Shown: in pieces, positions 9,255 to 19,528 of the stretch
Layout: each line of letters begins with the position of its first letter
Position numbering within the stretch: position 1 is the first letter of the stretch
DNA from: Planktothrix tepida
GTDB lineage: Bacteria; Cyanobacteriota; Cyanobacteriia; Cyanobacteriales; Microcoleaceae
Direction: 5' to 3' (one strand)
NCBI RefSeq assembly: GCF_904830955.1
Contig: NZ_LR882970.1
DNA: 64,000 nt
Program-made: the position numbers and the translations under genes
Notes under the pieces: generated by a model
Told to the model about the DNA's origin: nothing
The model's input: only the letters and a program-made list of their open reading frames with translations
Database searches by the model: none

Positions 9255-11663
9255 ATGGAATTTTATCAGTCTGTGCGGTATTCATCAGCCTTAGAACAAG
9301 CCATTGATCGAAATCCATTTATCGTTACGCCCGAAACTTCTTTAGCCGATGTGATCAAGGTATTGGGACTCTCTCAAAATCATTGTCTGTTAAACCCTAG
9401 CCATTCTTCAGTAGAAGATTCTAGGGCAAGTTGTGTGTTAGTGATTCATCAAGATCCAGAAGAATTTGTTCATGTTCTTCCTGATGAACACCCTCAATTT
9501 TCCTCTCTTTTAGGGATTGTAACAGAACGAGATATTGTTCAGTTAATTGCGGCGGGAATTTTAGATAATTTAAAGGAAGCACCGCTTCATAAAATTCGTG
9601 TCGCTGAAATTATGTCTCCGGTTACAGTTAGTTTAACTGAATCCGATGATCAAGATATTTTTACCGCTTTATCCTTATTTCGACAACATCAAATTCTCCA
9701 TTTACCGGTTTTAGATAGTCGAGGGCAGTTAGTGGGAGTGATTACCCCAGAACGAATTCGTCGGGTTTTACAACCGTCTAATATTTTAAGATTGCGAAGA
9801 GTCGGAGATGAAATGTTAACCCAAGTTGTGACGGCTCCGGTAACAACATCTGTATTAAGTTTAGCTCAAATGATGGCGGCACATCAAGCCAGTTGTGTTG
9901 TCATTTTTCAATCGGGAACTCGAAAAAAATTAACTCCCGTTGGATTAGTTACAGAACAAGATATTGTGGAGGCACAATTTTTAGAATTAGATTTAACCTT
10001 AACACCTGCAACAACGGTAATGGGAACTTTATCCTTTTCTTTAAAACCCAATGATTCTTTATGGCTGGCTCATCAAGAAATGCAAAAGCAACAGGCACAA
10101 TGGTTAGTCGTTTGTGGAGATGAAGGAGAATTATTAGGAATTATTACACAAGTTAGTTTATTAAGAATGCTTGATCCGACGGAAATGTATCGGGTTGTTA
10201 AACAATTACAGCAATCAGTTAATCAACTGCAAACGGAAAAATTAGAACTGTTAAAAAGTCGCAATGCGGAACTGGAAAAACAAGTTCAAGAACGCACCTC
10301 TAAAATTCATGAACAGTTACAACGGGAAAGACTGTTAGCTAAAATTTCCATGAGAATTCATCAATCCTTAAATTTAGATGAAATTCTCAATGCAACAGTG
10401 GCGGAAGTTCGACAATTTTTACAAGCTGATCGGGTGTTTATTTATCATATTGAATCCGACCAAACCGGAAAATTAGTGGCTGAATCCGTTGCTATTGGAT
10501 GTAAATCCCTGGCTAATGATCAGCTTTTTAAAGAATCAGTTAAATGTTACTTAACGGTCTTTGAATATGATAATATTTATGCCGTTTCTGATATTCAAAA
10601 ATCTTCCTTAAGTCCTGAAGAAATTAATCAATTAAATCAACAGGAAGTGACGGCTTATCTCGTGGTTCCTATTTTACAAGATGGGCAACTGTGGGGAATT
10701 ATTACAGCCCATCAGTGTTCAGGTTCTCGCCATTGGCAACCCTCAGAAACCCTATTATTACAACAGCTTGCCACTCAATTAGCGATCGCCATTCAACAAG
10801 CTCAATTATATCAACAAGTTCAAGCGTTAAATACTGATTTAGAACGTCAAGTTCAAGATCGAACCGCCGAACTCCAGCAAAAAGTTCAAGAATTGCAACA
10901 GTTAAATATTCTCAAGGATGATTTTTTGAGTACCGTTTCTCATGAACTGCGGACTCCTTTAGCGAATATGAAAATGGCGATTCATATGTTAAAAATTGCC
11001 CCCAATTCTGAGCGAGGTCAAAAGTATTTGGAGATCCTAGGATCTGAATGTCTGCGAGAAACAAATTTAATTAATGATTTATTGGATTTACAACGGTTGG
11101 AATCCTCCTCTACCCCCATTGCTCTCGAAAGTTTAGATTTATTGGAATGGTTGCCCAATATTATAAATCCTTTTTATTCCCGCACTCAAGAACGCCAGCA
11201 GTTGCTCACTGTATCTTATTATCCCCATTTACAACCCATTAGAACAAATGCCAATAGTTTAGAGCGGATTTTGGCAGAACTGTTAAATAATGCCTGTAAA
11301 TATAGTCCAAATGGGGGAGAAATTTTTCTAGAAATTCATTATCGTTCTTTATCAAATTGGTTGGAATTAATATCAACCCCTAAAACCAAACGCAAAGGTA
11401 AAAAACAAGATAAACCTCTCCCTTCTCCCTCAATTTCCGACTCCTTACAAATTGTCATTCGTAACCCAGCAGAAATTCCGGCTAAAGAACTTCCTCGCAT
11501 TTTTGAGAAGTTTTATCGGGTTCCCAATGCAGACCCCTGGAAGCAAGGAGGAACCGGGTTAGGATTAGCATTAGTCCAAAAATTAGTTGAACAATTAGGC
11601 GGAACAATTCAAGTTGAAAGTGACCAAACTTTAACAACTTTTATCATTGAGTTTCCCTGTTAA
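9255..11663 (+). CDS. sensor histidine kinase with tandem CBS pairs, coiled coils, GAF domain, HisKA and HATPase_c
   Basis: CBS-like segments N-terminal, GAF (residues ~370-520), H-box FLSTVSHELRTPL, C-terminal GTGLGLALV G2 box. Confidence 0.9.
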   Translation: MEFYQSVRYSSALEQAIDRNPFIVTPETSLADVIKVLGLSQNHCLLNPSHSSVEDSRASCVLVIHQDPEEFVHVLPDEHPQFSSLLGIVTERDIVQLIAAGILDNLKEAPLHKIRVAEIMSPVTVSLTESDDQDIFTALSLFRQHQILHLPVLDSRGQLVGVITPERIRRVLQPSNILRLRRVGDEMLTQVVTAPVTTSVLSLAQMMAAHQASCVVIFQSGTRKKLTPVGLVTEQDIVEAQFLELDLTLTPATTVMGTLSFSLKPNDSLWLAHQEMQKQQAQWLVVCGDEGELLGIITQVSLLRMLDPTEMYRVVKQLQQSVNQLQTEKLELLKSRNAELEKQVQERTSKIHEQLQRERLLAKISMRIHQSLNLDEILNATVAEVRQFLQADRVFIYHIESDQTGKLVAESVAIGCKSLANDQLFKESVKCYLTVFEYDNIYAVSDIQKSSLSPEEINQLNQQEVTAYLVVPILQDGQLWGIITAHQCSGSRHWQPSETLLLQQLATQLAIAIQQAQLYQQVQALNTDLERQVQDRTAELQQKVQELQQLNILKDDFLSTVSHELRTPLANMKMAIHMLKIAPNSERGQKYLEILGSECLRETNLINDLLDLQRLESSSTPIALESLDLLEWLPNIINPFYSRTQERQQLLTVSYYPHLQPIRTNANSLERILAELLNNACKYSPNGGEIFLEIHYRSLSNWLELISTPKTKRKGKKQDKPLPSPSISDSLQIVIRNPAEIPAKELPRIFEKFYRVPNADPWKQGGTGLGLALVQKLVEQLGGTIQVESDQTLTTFIIEFPC

Positions 11664-11702
11664 GTTCAGTTCTTATTGAGCGAGTTGGGACAAGTTACAC
11701 AA

Positions 11703-12470
11703 TCATTTTTCAGCAATAACAAGCATCTCAAAATCTTCAGTTGTTAATCTGTCATGTCTGGAAAATGCCCCCAACTTAGCGCTATAAATATCTATGCTGC
11801 TGTAACCCAGAGATTTCAGGAGCCAGGTAATTTCACTCGGCACATAATACCTTTCATTACAGGCAAGAGATTTCTTGTTTCCCAGGTCATCTTCAAATTC
11901 CGTTATGTTATGATCCCGGAAGGTCATCAAGTCAAAACTATTGCTTTTGCAGGTAGAATTTCCGGCTTCTGTTGTTGATTCATAGAATTGCTCAACCGAA
12001 TGATATAAGGGGAACAATCCATTTAAAGTTGTGAATATAAGTTTAGCATTCGTCTTTAATGATTGGGTGACATTTTTCAGGATTTCAAAGTTCATTTCAT
12101 CAGTTTCCATGAGGGAAAATCCTCCCTCGCAAAGCATGATCGCGGCATCAAATTCATGATTAAATGGCAAATTTCTGGCATCCTGCTGCTGAAAATCAAT
12201 CATCAAATTTTCAATTTTTGCTTTATCCTTTGCCCTTTTAAGCTGAGATTCGGATAAATCAATTCCCGTAACAGAATATCCCCGCTTGGTCAGTTCAATT
12301 GTATGTCTTCCTGTCCCGCAACCTACGTCTAATATGTTTAAGGATTTATTAAATCCTAATTCTTTTTCTATGAAATCACATTCACCCATTGTCCCTTTTG
12401 TAAAATTCTCAGAATCATATTTTTCTCCGTAATTCTCGAACAGGGATTCGTACCATTGTTTTTGAGTCAT
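11703..12470 (-). CDS. class I SAM-dependent methyltransferase
   Basis: ILDVGCGTGRHT motif I, Methyltransf_11/25-like. Confidence 0.8.
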   Translation of the reverse strand: MTQKQWYESLFENYGEKYDSENFTKGTMGECDFIEKELGFNKSLNILDVGCGTGRHTIELTKRGYSVTGIDLSESQLKRAKDKAKIENLMIDFQQQDARNLPFNHEFDAAIMLCEGGFSLMETDEMNFEILKNVTQSLKTNAKLIFTTLNGLFPLYHSVEQFYESTTEAGNSTCKSNSFDLMTFRDHNITEFEDDLGNKKSLACNERYYVPSEITWLLKSLGYSSIDIYSAKLGAFSRHDRLTTEDFEMLVIAEK

Positions 12471-12993
12471 ATTATTTAAAATCTGATTGCTTTGGAGTCA
12501 ATAAACCTTATAGCAGATTGGTTTTTAATTACAATCCCCTGAGAGGGGATAAGGTGAATGAAATCGCGGCTCAAGCTGCCTCAGAGTGTGGTATTCCTCG
12601 ATTAATGTTAAGTCGTCCAGCTTGGAAAACAGTTTCACTCATGCAGGAAAAAGTAAACTAGCAAAAGACTCAGCCTAATTTCAATGTCAAGGTTCTGGCT
12701 AATCACCCTATACGGGATGTTATACAGAAAAATTCTGCCTAATCACCCAAATGGCGTGTTAGCCCGACATTATAGCACTACGCACAAGGAAAAAGTAAAA
12801 AGGATAAAGGAAAAGTTGCCTGCTTATGGTTTTTAGCGTTTAACAAAGTTAATTGATGTTGAGTATTCGGACTCAATTAGGGATCGTAAAGAGTGAACTT
12901 ATCTGTTTAATTTATGTTTCAAAGTTCTTGAATGGATGGAAAGTTCACGGTGGCGTCAAAATAAGATCAGATGTTGAGTTGAAGCCCGTACCT

Positions 12994-13395
12994 ATGCCGA
13001 AATGGAAATTAACAACAGAATTTACCTTTGATAGCGCCCATTATATTAAAGATTATGATGGCCCCTGTGGACGAATGCACGGTCATAGTTATCGTGTGCA
13101 AGTGGAAGCAACATCTAACCAACTCCATTCCTCGGAATATTGCCCCCATCCCGTGATGGTCGCAGATTTTAGAAGTTTACGATGGGCAAAAAAAGATGTT
13201 ACCAAAGGAGGGTTAGATCATGGGGTGTTAAATGAAATTTTACCCCCGGAATATGAAACAACAGCCGAAATGATTGCCAAATATATTTATGATGTCACCA
13301 AAAAACGAGTCCCTGAAGGAGTCCGATTAAAAGTTAGGGTTTCAGAAACCTCTAATTCTTGGGTTGAGTATGAAGATGATGAATCAGAAAGTTAA
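12994..13395 (+). CDS. 6-pyruvoyl-tetrahydropterin synthase family protein (PTPS/QueD-like)
   Basis: FTFDSAHYI...CGRMHGHSY zinc-binding motif; ORF-track start 12853 is an unlikely 47-aa extension, Met at 12994 (MPKWKL) matches family N-termini. Confidence 0.8.
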   Translation: MPKWKLTTEFTFDSAHYIKDYDGPCGRMHGHSYRVQVEATSNQLHSSEYCPHPVMVADFRSLRWAKKDVTKGGLDHGVLNEILPPEYETTAEMIAKYIYDVTKKRVPEGVRLKVRVSETSNSWVEYEDDESES

Positions 13396-13474
13396 AGGTT
13401 AATTCAACGGATGAGTGGTAGAATTAATTCAATCTAAATCTACCCCTTCCTCAACAGTTTTTTTTCTGATCATC

Positions 13475-14203
13475 ATGAACTATTTAGCTTTAGCAACGGA
13501 TTTTGATGGAACCTTAGCGACCGATGGAATGGTGGAGGAGTCTACTTTAAATGCTTTAGAACGGTGGCAACAGTCAGGGCGAAAGTTAATTCTGATTACG
13601 GGCAGACAACTCGATAATTTAATTGCTCATATTCCGGTTATTAATGTGTTTGATTGGGTGATTGCAGAAAATGGTGCTGTATTATATCAACCCCCTACAA
13701 AGCTCGAAAAATTATTGGCAGAACGCCCGTCTGAAGACTTTATAAGCCTCTTACGCGATCGCATTGACCAAAAACAACAATCTTTAAAAAATCAAGCGGT
13801 TCCAGAGGAATTTTCTCAGATTGCTCAAGCTCAATTATTTGAAGCGTTGGGGGTGGGTCGAGTGATTATTGCCACTTGGGAACCCTATTTAGAAATTACC
13901 CAGAAAACGATTCAAGAGTTAGGCGTTAATCTCCAAATTATTTGCAATAAAGGAGCAGTGATGGTATTACCCGAAGGCATTAATAAAGCCTTTGGATTAA
14001 ACGCTCTTTCCCAATTAATCAACCTCCCTCTACAACAAATTGTAGGTGTTGGGGATGCAGAAAACGATTGTGACTTTTTAGAACAATGTGGTTATTCCGT
14101 AGCTGTTGCTAATGCCTTACCCCAAGTCAAAGAAAAAGTTAATTGGGTCACAAAAAACAGCCGAGGAGCAGGGGTAATAGAATTAATTAATCACCTTCTA
14201 TAA
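13475..14203 (+). CDS. HAD-superfamily hydrolase, subfamily IIB (Cof/SPP-like)
   Basis: motif I ATDFDGTL near N-terminus, C-terminal GDAENDCDF motif IV; start at Met 13475 preferred over 13415. Confidence 0.75.
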   Translation: MNYLALATDFDGTLATDGMVEESTLNALERWQQSGRKLILITGRQLDNLIAHIPVINVFDWVIAENGAVLYQPPTKLEKLLAERPSEDFISLLRDRIDQKQQSLKNQAVPEEFSQIAQAQLFEALGVGRVIIATWEPYLEITQKTIQELGVNLQIICNKGAVMVLPEGINKAFGLNALSQLINLPLQQIVGVGDAENDCDFLEQCGYSVAVANALPQVKEKVNWVTKNSRGAGVIELINHLL

Positions 14204-14217
14204 CTGATGATGCGGAT

Positions 14218-14254
14218 ACTTGATAACTGATAACTGACAACTGATAACTGATTA
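14218..14254. repeat. heptanucleotide tandem repeat (TGATAAC)x5, reverse complement of GTTATCA unit
   Basis: direct reading between HAD and LD-carboxypeptidase genes. Confidence 0.85.
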
Positions 14255-14255
14255 C

Positions 14256-15263
14256 ATGAATCGTCGTGATTTTTTAGCAGGATTAACCTTAACGGGAATT
14301 GCGACTCAGTTGCCCGTTTTAGCTCAGTCTGCATCTGTTTCTGGGTTACTCAAACCTTCCCGTTTAAAGCCAGGAGATACAGTGGGGTTAGTGACTCCAG
14401 CCAGCCCGATTTTAAAGGAGCATTTAAAGTGGATTCAACTACAATTAGGACAACAGGAATTAACCGTTAAAGTTGCCCCTCATGTTCTGAGTGAATACGG
14501 CTATTTAGCAGGAACCGATCAACAACGGGCAGCCGATATTAATCAAATGTTCGCTGACCCAACGGTTAAGGCGATTATTGCCACAGGAGGCGGTTGGGGA
14601 AGTAGCCGAATTTTATCTTTATTAGATTATGATTTAATTCGCCAACATCCTAAAATTTTTCTCGGTTATAGTGATATTACAGCCTTATTATTAGGATTAT
14701 ATAGCCAAACGGGATTAGTCACCTTTCATGGATTATTAGGCACTTCATTATGGACTCCTTATTCCGTCAATTGGTTAGAAAAACTTTTATTTGATGCCCA
14801 AAATATTACCTTTCAAAATCCTGCCAATATTCGAGTTGAAACCCTTTATCCAGGTCAAGCCCAAGGACGGTTAGTGGGAGGCAATTTATCAGTTTTATCA
14901 ACTTTAGTGGGTTCCGAGTATTTACCCAGTTGGCAGGGCAAAATCTTATTTGTGGAAGATGTAGGTGAGGATATATACCGAATTGATCGAATGTTAACCC
15001 ATTTAAAATTAGCTGGAATTTTAGATCAAATTTCGGGATTTATTTTTAGTCAATGTACATCCTGCACCCCGGGGGAGGGAAATGAACCCTCGTTAACCTT
15101 ATGGCAAGTCTTAACGGATTTAATTCAACCCTTAGAGATTCCCGCCTGGTATGGTTCGATGATGGGTCATATTCGAGATCAATTTACGGTTCCTTTAGGA
15201 ATAGAGGTAGAAATTGATACTAAACAAGGCACAATTGCAATGCTAGAAAATGCTGTGACTTAA
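14256..15263 (+). CDS. LD-carboxypeptidase (peptidase S66, muramoyltetrapeptide carboxypeptidase) with Tat-like signal
   Basis: RRDFLAG twin-arginine N-terminus; GYSDITALL serine-nucleophile motif of S66. Confidence 0.8.
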   Translation: MNRRDFLAGLTLTGIATQLPVLAQSASVSGLLKPSRLKPGDTVGLVTPASPILKEHLKWIQLQLGQQELTVKVAPHVLSEYGYLAGTDQQRAADINQMFADPTVKAIIATGGGWGSSRILSLLDYDLIRQHPKIFLGYSDITALLLGLYSQTGLVTFHGLLGTSLWTPYSVNWLEKLLFDAQNITFQNPANIRVETLYPGQAQGRLVGGNLSVLSTLVGSEYLPSWQGKILFVEDVGEDIYRIDRMLTHLKLAGILDQISGFIFSQCTSCTPGEGNEPSLTLWQVLTDLIQPLEIPAWYGSMMGHIRDQFTVPLGIEVEIDTKQGTIAMLENAVT

Positions 15264-15380
15264 GAATAATATTCCTGTTTTAATGTATTCAGTTTTACGA
15301 AAATTAGGAGAACACAGACAACCCAGGAAACTGAGTGTCTGCGTTACTTCCGATGATCACGGGCAATATATCACTCTGAT

Positions 15381-15445
15381 ATTGATTGTTCCCTCTTTTT
15401 GATTATTTGTTCCCTCTTTTTGATTATTTGTTCCCTCTTTTGGAG
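15381..15445. repeat. ~21-bp tandem repeat (TTGTTCCCTCTTTTTGATTAT) x3
   Basis: direct reading in AT-rich intergenic region. Confidence 0.7.
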
Positions 15446-15745
15446 GGAAGCCTTTACAATTCCTATAAAAAACTAAATTTATATTAAATTTTGGTTAAAA
15501 TTAAATCATACTATTATTGATTTTTGTATCCCAAACTACAAGTATTGTAAGAAAAAGTTTACACAGTTAAAAATTTCCAAAAAGTATAGAATGTCTTTAG
15601 AAAAATTACCTAAAATTATCAATTAATTCGACTAGACTTGAAGCAGACTGTAGAATTTTAGGAACAAACGGTTTTCTGAATTCTACTTTTGCCGATATAT
15701 TGCTAAATCCTCCAATGAACCTGACTACCAAGGACGCAAACTTTT

Positions 15746-16786
15746 ATGATGTTCTCCCAATCTCCAGAACAACTGAACCCTCTATCTAATTCCCTAGATA
15801 GAACTGAAATGACATTGACGGCTGTTCGATGGGCGCAGAAATATTATGCAAAAGCTGCTGCTCATAGCCATCGCAGTTCAACTCATCTTTTTTTAGACGA
15901 TCAGGAAGTTGATGTTACTGAATTTGATGAGGATCGTTCTCGCATCGTGGCAGAGCTCATGAAAAACTTGAGCCTTTTAGGAACATTAGCATGGAATAAA
16001 GTTGGAGCCATTTTAGGGATTGACTGGAATCGCTATCCGGTCAATAAACTAGAATTAAAACAGGCAGCTACCCTGATTCAAGATGTATCTAAACTGTATC
16101 ATCAAGCCTTGGAAGTTTTTGCTCAATATGAATACCCCTTCCGCCTATCGGTATCCCTAGGGCGAGAGACGATCAAACTGCGTCGTAAATACTCTCAAGC
16201 AGAACCCTTGATGTTAGTTTTACTCCAATTGCAGTTTCATTATATGGGGCGAATGTTGTTGGAGTGGATGTCGATGAAGGAAAGAACGGTTTTCTTTCTC
16301 TACTTTAAAACGTTAGAGGATTATTTATATTCTCCGTTAGGGGAAGTGAATGATTTAGCCGCCCAACATCAACCAGATTCTCCCGCTTTAATTGCGGTTC
16401 AACAGTTACTTTCCATCTTCACAACCGTTGCTCATCATACTTATCATAAAGTGTATGATTTGAATCTAGGGTATCGCAGTATTAGCGGGGATCTGAAAAA
16501 TCATCTCCTTCAATACTCTGCTACTCGCGATATTGAGTTATTCCAAATTTATTTATGCTGGTGCGTCTTACAGAATAGTTTATACCCAATCCAACAGGAA
16601 TTATTTCCCATGTGTGTAATTTTATATCCTAGACTCCATATTAGTTGGAAGTTAATTCAGGATATGTTGAGTGAGCTATCCGAGGAATTAGAAAAACGTT
16701 TGCTTCCTCAAAATTTCGCCGTCTTTTGTCCCTATCTTCAGGTATTAGCAGAAATCTTTTCTGATCGAGTAGTGCAACCGATCTAA
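15746..16786 (+). CDS. hypothetical protein
   Basis: 346-aa ORF, no recognized motifs. Confidence 0.55.
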   Translation: MMFSQSPEQLNPLSNSLDRTEMTLTAVRWAQKYYAKAAAHSHRSSTHLFLDDQEVDVTEFDEDRSRIVAELMKNLSLLGTLAWNKVGAILGIDWNRYPVNKLELKQAATLIQDVSKLYHQALEVFAQYEYPFRLSVSLGRETIKLRRKYSQAEPLMLVLLQLQFHYMGRMLLEWMSMKERTVFFLYFKTLEDYLYSPLGEVNDLAAQHQPDSPALIAVQQLLSIFTTVAHHTYHKVYDLNLGYRSISGDLKNHLLQYSATRDIELFQIYLCWCVLQNSLYPIQQELFPMCVILYPRLHISWKLIQDMLSELSEELEKRLLPQNFAVFCPYLQVLAEIFSDRVVQPI

Positions 16787-16788
16787 TC

Positions 16789-16841
16789 CAAGAAACCCGG
16801 TTTCTCAGCCAGAGATAATAGCAAGAAACCCGGTTTCTGAG
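16789..16841. repeat. two copies of palindromic element AGAAACCCGGTTTCT (hairpin GAAACC-C-GGTTTC) between convergent genes
   Basis: same 15-mer recurs as an inverted pair at 30349-30382. Confidence 0.6.
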
Positions 16842-16847
16842 TAACCG

Positions 16848-18236
16848 TTAAGATTTCCCTGGCCCTAACTTATACCAATGTTGTACCGCTAACCAAATTC
16901 CTGATAATAATCCCGCTAGACTTAACGTTATCCCACTATAGGGAACTAATAAACCAAAAATCGGTAATATAGCCCCAGAAATGGTACAAATCATTGTCAC
17001 CCAAGCGGCTTGACGGTTTTTTCCGAGTCCCCAAACTGCAAAAAGTAATAAGGGAGATATCAACATCCACGCCAGTTTCGCATCAATGAAGCGACTGCTA
17101 TAGGTTAAAGTTAATAAACAGGCAAAAAACAAGCCTGCAATGATCATAATATCTCGCAAGGTTAAGGGTAAAGAGAGATACAGTAAAATAATCCACCATA
17201 AAAATATTCCTGGTGCTAATAATAATAATCGTGGGATCACGCCTGTATTCCGAACTGGGGAAGTTGCCGTAAAGACCCCTAATGGATTTTTAACAGAAAT
17301 ATTGCCTTCATAAACCCAAGAAAGTTGTCGATTTTCTCCTGCTTCTTTTGTAACAGTTGGGACTGCGCCTGCAAATTCAGCATTCGCAAACTGGGCTAAA
17401 ACATTTAACTGAAAATTCGATAATAATTGATCCCCCGGTTGATAAACCCATCGGGGAGCGCCTTGAGCTTGATAGCTAACTTTAAAATTTGTGGTTTCTC
17501 CCGGTGCTAATTTAAACGGAAATCCATAATCTCCAGGGTTGACTTGAACTAAGGGTTTGCCATTTTGTTCAACTTGAAAATCCTGTAATAATAAATAACC
17601 ATAGGGAGGCGGAACTTCAAAGAAAAATTCTGAGATGCCTTTGAGTTGATTTTTAACTTCATAGTTTCCCACGAAATCCACACTATAAATCCATTGTTTG
17701 GTATCGGGACTGGTCGTTTGATTGATTTTAACCTCAATTTTTGATCCCGCTAAGGTCATCCAACGAGATACAATACGGGTACTTTTAACTTCAATGGTTT
17801 TACCCTCAACATATCGATAATCGGTGAAGGGTTCTTCAATGTCATAGCGAATGCGAGGTGCGGTTTGTTCTAAACGTTCTCCCGCAACGGTAGTGGCAAT
17901 TTGAGTAATCTGTTGTTGTTCCCAATTATGATAACGATTGGCTAAGGTAGAACAGAGAAAAAATCCACTGGTGATCACCAGAACAATTAAAATAAAATGG
18001 GGTAACATTTGCAGCCATTTCACATATTGTTCTAAGGCGGTTCTCAGAAGAGGAACTGAAATCCCCTCCCCTCGTTTCTTGACTGACCAATTCATCAAAG
18101 ATAAAATCACACCCATTGCTGTTAAAAAAATGGCAAAGTGGGTTAATCCTTTCATTATTCCTGATGCCAATTCAATTAATTCATTCGGATGGGTCAAATC
18201 AGGAATACTGGGAATGCTACTCAAAAAAATATCCAT
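16848..18236 (-). CDS. hypothetical integral membrane protein (N-terminal TM, large extracytoplasmic domain, C-terminal multi-TM bundle; CreD-like topology)
   Basis: hydropathy pattern only. Confidence 0.6.
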   Translation of the reverse strand: MDIFLSSIPSIPDLTHPNELIELASGIMKGLTHFAIFLTAMGVILSLMNWSVKKRGEGISVPLLRTALEQYVKWLQMLPHFILIVLVITSGFFLCSTLANRYHNWEQQQITQIATTVAGERLEQTAPRIRYDIEEPFTDYRYVEGKTIEVKSTRIVSRWMTLAGSKIEVKINQTTSPDTKQWIYSVDFVGNYEVKNQLKGISEFFFEVPPPYGYLLLQDFQVEQNGKPLVQVNPGDYGFPFKLAPGETTNFKVSYQAQGAPRWVYQPGDQLLSNFQLNVLAQFANAEFAGAVPTVTKEAGENRQLSWVYEGNISVKNPLGVFTATSPVRNTGVIPRLLLLAPGIFLWWIILLYLSLPLTLRDIMIIAGLFFACLLTLTYSSRFIDAKLAWMLISPLLLFAVWGLGKNRQAAWVTMICTISGAILPIFGLLVPYSGITLSLAGLLSGIWLAVQHWYKLGPGKS

Positions 18237-18358
18237 AGAACCTTAAAAACTCAGTAGGGTGTCAGTAGGGTGGCGGAGAACAGGGGGAAATTTTTTCTCC
18301 CCTCAACCTGGATTCTCACCCATCCTACAAGAGAAATTGACCCGTTTCCGAATCGAGA

Positions 18359-19201
18359 TTAATTCAGGTTTAATAGGGTATAACTTCCAAAAATTTTGAG
18401 GGTTTCTGTGAAGGATCTTAATTCTGCTAAAGCGGATTGTACGGATTGCTCATGGCTATCCGCTTCTAAATCCATAAAAAATAGATAATCTCCTAGGGAA
18501 CGCTTACTAGGACGGGATTCTATTCGGCTTAAATTAATACCTCGTTCCGCAAAAATAGTTAAGGGTTTAGCTAATGCACCCGGAACATTCGCCGGAACAC
18601 TAAAGCCTAAAGACGTATATTTTCCCGGCCCTGAAGGTTGTAAACTGACGACCCAAAAACGGGTACAATTATCGGAATAATCGTTAATAGGATGGGCAAG
18701 AACGGGAAGTTGATATAATTCTGCTGCTCGTAAAGACGCGATCGCAGCGACATGAGTTTCATCCCTGACCAATTGTAAGGCTTCTGTTGTTGAATTTTTA
18801 GCAATTAATGGCACATCGGGGAGGGATTTTTCTAACCATCCTTGACACTGGGCTAAGGCTTGGGGATGGGAATAAACCACTTGAATTTGCTCAAAGTTTT
18901 GGGCTTGGGAAATCAACGCATGGGCGATGGGAAGAATTAAGGCTTGTTGAATTTGTAGGGAACCAATTTGCCATAATGTATCCAACGTCATACTAACACT
19001 GCCTTCAATGGAATTCTCCACCGGAACAACCCCAATCTGGGCATCTCCTTTGGCAACTGTCCATAGGGTTTGACTAATACTCGAACAGGGACATAACATC
19101 ACTTCTTCCCCGGTATTTTGGGTCAAAGATTGGGCATAAGCTAAGGCGGCGGCTTCCGCATAAGTCCCCGATGGGCCAAGATGGGCAATGGAAACGGTCA
19201 T
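18359..19201 (-). CDS. pheA: prephenate dehydratase
   Basis: PDT domain plus C-terminal ACT domain (ESRPSKRSLGDYLFFMDLE). Confidence 0.9.
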   Translation of the reverse strand: MTVSIAHLGPSGTYAEAAALAYAQSLTQNTGEEVMLCPCSSISQTLWTVAKGDAQIGVVPVENSIEGSVSMTLDTLWQIGSLQIQQALILPIAHALISQAQNFEQIQVVYSHPQALAQCQGWLEKSLPDVPLIAKNSTTEALQLVRDETHVAAIASLRAAELYQLPVLAHPINDYSDNCTRFWVVSLQPSGPGKYTSLGFSVPANVPGALAKPLTIFAERGINLSRIESRPSKRSLGDYLFFMDLEADSHEQSVQSALAELRSFTETLKIFGSYTLLNLN

Positions 19202-19528
19202 AATTTCACTTCCGTAGATATAAATTAATCGCCAAGGATGGAATTAACCCCCAAGATAGAAATTGTTTTGAGGGTTCCTCCACTTCAGTTACATTTTGCT
19301 AGATTACGTTACAATTATTTACATTAATCTCATCAATGTTACCCTTATCATGAAAAGATTACGGATTTTAGGGATTTCACCGATTTCATGAGGTTTACCG
19401 ATTTCATGGCTTTCGTGAATCATCAGCGACCCGGTTTGATCCTGACTTGCGATGGATGAAAATTGTTTGAAAATTTCTTAAATTTTATTAAGATAAATTT
19501 CAAAATTTGTAGACTTTAATAATTTTTT

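Noticed and set aside
11754-12257. Plus-strand ORFs inside the methyltransferase gene
   Set aside because: They are antisense shadows of a motif-bearing MTase.
12600-12700. preQ1 riboswitch upstream of QueD-like gene
   Set aside because: The A-rich tract resembles the preQ1-I tail, but it lies ~350 nt from the start codon and lacks a convincing P1 stem.
1045-14254. CRISPR array
   Set aside because: The repeats are contiguous heptamer or 18-21-bp tandem arrays without unique spacers, and no cas genes are present.
18237-18358. Hairpin GGGGGAAATTTTTTCTCCCC as pheA terminator
   Set aside because: The stem is imperfect and the U-tract is weak, so it is left unannotated.
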